A stretch of 64,000 nt of DNA from Squalus acanthias (Eukaryota), in NCBI GenBank assembly GCA_030390025.1, contig CM059432.1:128342001-128406000 (forward strand), written 5' to 3'. Position numbers and translations under genes: made by a program. Under the pieces are notes generated by a model. The model ran no database searches, was not told where the DNA came from, and worked only from the letters and a program-made list of their open reading frames with translations. This document shows positions 60,836 through 64,000 of the stretch, piece after piece (position 1 is the first letter of the stretch; every line of letters starts with the position of its first letter).

Positions 60836-62312
60836 AAGAACATAAGAAATAGGAGCAGGAGTAGAACGAGTTCTAGACATTCCAGCCAGGGGAAACAACC
60901 TCTCAGCATCTACTCTGTCAATCCCTTTCAGAATTTTGTATGTTTCAATGAGAGCACCTCTCATTCTTCTAAACTCCAGAGAGTATAGGCCCATTCTACA
61001 CAATCTCTCATCATAGGACAGCCCTCTTATCCCAGGAATCAATCTAGTGAACCTTCGTTGCACTGCCTCCAAGGCAAGTATATCCTTCCTTAGATAAGGA
61101 GACCAAAACTGTGCACAGTACTCCAGCTGTGGTCTCACCAAGGCCCTGTACAATTGTAGCAAGACTTCCTTACTCTTATACTCCAACCCCCTTGGCCAAC
61201 ATGCCATTTGCTTTTCTTATTGCTTGCTGTACCTGCATGCTAGCTTTCTGTGTTTCTTGCACGAGGACACCCAAATCTCGCTGAGCACCAACATTTGAAA
61301 GTTTCTCGCCATTTAAAAAAATATTCTGTTTTTCTATTCTTCCTACCAAAGTGAATAACCTCACATTTCTCTACTTTATACTCCTTACTGCCCACTCACT
61401 TAGTCTATCTATATCCCTTTGCCGACTCTGTGTTCTCCTCACATCTTACTGTCCCACCTAGCTTTGTATCATCAGCAAACTTGGATACATTACACTCGGT
61501 CCCTTCATCTAGGTCATTAATATAGATTGTAAAAAGCTGAGGCCCCAACACTGATCCTTGCGGCACCCCACTAGTTACAGCCTGCCAACCTGAAAAAGAT
61601 CTGTTTATCCCTGCTCTCTGTTTTCTGTCCGTTAACCAATCCTCTATCCATGCTACTAGTTTTGGTCGCCTTATCTGAGGAAGGATGTTCTTGCCATGGA
61701 GGGAGTGCAGCGAAGATTCACCAGGCTGATACCTGGGATGGCAGGAATGACTTATGAGGAGAGATTGGGTCGATTGGGCTTATACTCACTGGAGTTTAGA
61801 AGAATGAGCGGGGATCTCATTGAAACTTATAAAATTCTAACAGGACTAGACAGACTAGATGCAGGAAGGATGTTCCCGATGGCCGGGGAGTCCAGAACCA
61901 GGGGTCACAGTCTAAGGATAAGGGGTAAGCCATTTAGGACGGAGATGAGGAGGAATTTCTTCACCCAGAGAGTGGTGAACCTGTGGAATTCTCTACCACA
62001 GAAGGCAGTAGAGGCCAATTCATTAAATATATTCAAGAAGGAGTTAGATATATTTCTTAAAGCTAAAGGGATATGGGGAGAAGGCAGCGACAGAGTACTG
62101 AATTTGGATGATCAGCCATGATCTCATTGAATGGCGGAGCAGGCTCGAGGGGCTGAATGGCCTGCTCCTGCTCCTATTTTCTATGTTACTATATTACCCC
62201 CAACCCCATGAGCCCTAATCTTGTGTAATAAACTTTTATGTGGCACTTTATCGAATGCCTTTTGGAAATCCAAATGTACTACATCCACTAGTTCCCCTTT
62301 ATCTACCCTGCT
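60836..62312 (-). mobile_element. CR1 (HER1-like) 3' part, with an internal deletion and a nested CR1
   Basis: Closely similar to the reverse complement of 36069-36900. Confidence 0.88.
61659..62186 (+). mobile_element. Nested CR1 3' end with TSD TACTA
   Basis: ORF 61696-62121 plus tail. TACTA at 61654-61658 and 62187-62191; the host resumes in register. Confidence 0.88.
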
Positions 62313-62723
62313 AGCTGTGAGAGATTACTGGAATCTATCATCAGGGACAGAGTGACTGAGCACTTGGACAAGCATGAGCTGATCAAAGAAAGTCCGCATG
62401 GATCTGTGAAGGGAAGGTCATGTCTAACTAATCTAGTTGAATTTTTTGAGAAGGCCACTAACATGATAGCTAGGGGAGTGTCCATGGATGTTTTCTATAT
62501 GGACTTCCAGAATGCATGTGAAGGTTCCACACAAGAGATTATTAGCGAACATGATAGTGCACCAAATTGGAGGTAAACTTGCAACGTGGGTTGGCAATTG
62601 GTCAGGAAGTAGGAGACAGAGAATAGGGATAAAGTGAGCATTCTCTGATTGACAGGATGTGACACGTGGTGAGTCCCAGGGATTTATACTGGGGCCTCAG
62701 CTTTTCACCATATATTATCTATA

Positions 62724-63381
62724 TAACGGATATCCCGATCCCTACGGGTGGGTACGCGCTGTGCACCCACCCATAGGGACATCGGAAATGCCGGTTTTAG
62801 GCATGCACAGCGCATGCGCTTAAAAACCGGCATTTCCGACCTGTCAAGAATCCTCTTGACAGATCCTCCGGCTGCCCTGGAGAAGGGCCTCTGCGGGCGG
62901 ATAGTTCCCTTTTTGGCGACCCTCCGCCCGCAGAAAACCCTTACAATTCTTTTTAAAAAAGGTAAGTTTATTTTTAACCCCATAAAATACTTCAATTATT
63001 TTTTTCAAAAAATTAAATTTTTGTTTAAAATACTTAATTTATTGTAATTTCAAGTCATTTTAAAAATGTGATTAAAAAAAAAATGTATTTAAAGTTTTAC
63101 TGTGTTTTTTCATTGATCTCCATTCATATATTTGACAGGTCTTCCTGTCAAATGTATAAAGGGAGATTCCCTTCTGTGATTGGCTCCCCATGGTCCACGT
63201 GATCCCAGGGACGCTGCGAACTACATGCGCCTCTGGGATACGTGGGCCCTGCGCACTTGGAGTTTGGTGAAGCCCAGCATCGGAACTGTGTGCGTCCCGG
63301 GAGCCCTCCGGTAAGGCCGCAGATTTTTCCCGATCGCAGGCCTCGCACCTGCGGGAGGCCTGCGATCGGAAAATACGGGCA
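62724..63381. mobile_element. Hairpin-rich MITE related to 15352-16099, inserted in an old CR1 (~62315-64000)
   Basis: Degenerate TIRs. Shares CCGGTTTT..GCGCATGCGC..AAAACCGG and ATTGGCTC..CACGTGATCCCA blocks with 15352-16099 in opposite orientation. Confidence 0.72.
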
Positions 63382-64000
63382 AATATGACTTGGATGAAGG
63401 AATAAAGAGTTGTATATCCAAGATGACACTAAGTTAGGATGCACAGTAGTTTGTGTAGATGGGGAGATTGAGTAGACAAAACTGTGGCAGATGGGGTTTA
63501 GTGTGGGGAAGTGTGAGGTCTTTCACTTTGGATCTAAAAGACAAATCTGAGTATTTTCATAATGGTGAGAGCAAAAGGATTTCGGTGACCTTGTACACAA
63601 ATCACTAAAAGCTATAAAAAGTAATCAAAAAGGCTAATGGCCTTTATCTCAAAGAGGTTGGAACACAAAAATTAGGAAGTTATTGGTCAAACCTCATCTG
63701 GGGCACTGCGTTCAGTTTTGGGCACCACACCTTGGGAAAGATATATTGACCCTGGAGGGCCCTGAATCCTGGACTAGATCAAGTTGGGTGGATGAAAGCT
63801 CATGTGGAGCAAAACACCAGCATAGACCAGTTGGGCCGAATGGCCTGGTTTCTATGCTGTAAATTCTATCTAATAAATTTGGTTTGCATTCCCTTGAGTT
63901 TAGAAGGTTTGAAGAATGATCTAATTGAGGTGTTTAAAATAGGAGATTCGATAGGGTAGATACAGAAAAACTATTTCTTCTGGCGGCATCCAGAGCAAGG

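Overview
This is eukaryotic, repeat-dominated DNA. The mix of HER1/CR1 LINEs, HE1 V-SINEs and Deu-domain SINEs suggests a cartilaginous fish (inference). No host protein-coding gene can be named. There are two probable promoters (~21.5 kb and a CpG island at ~46.7-47.4 kb) and a few tentative exons. Most ORF-track hits are CR1/L2 LINE debris. Best-supported elements: (1) a young Ty3/Gypsy LTR retrotransposon of CsRn1/kabuki type at 50918-55281 (-), with 264-bp LTRs, a tRNA-Trp PBS and a CHCC Gag; (2) a Penelope-like element at 56085-58331, built as a head-to-head inversion with a TSD and a minimal type I hammerhead ribozyme in each arm, plus a third hammerhead-bearing 119-bp fragment at 42957-43075; (3) a PIF/Harbinger remnant whose Myb/SANT gene still splices in frame, plus several hairpin-rich Harbinger-type MITEs; (4) a ~210-bp non-TE inverted duplication at 26691-27352 that loops out a candidate exon; (5) a heavily decayed L1-like ORF2 fossil. 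All calls were made by eye. Boundaries of old repeats are approximate.
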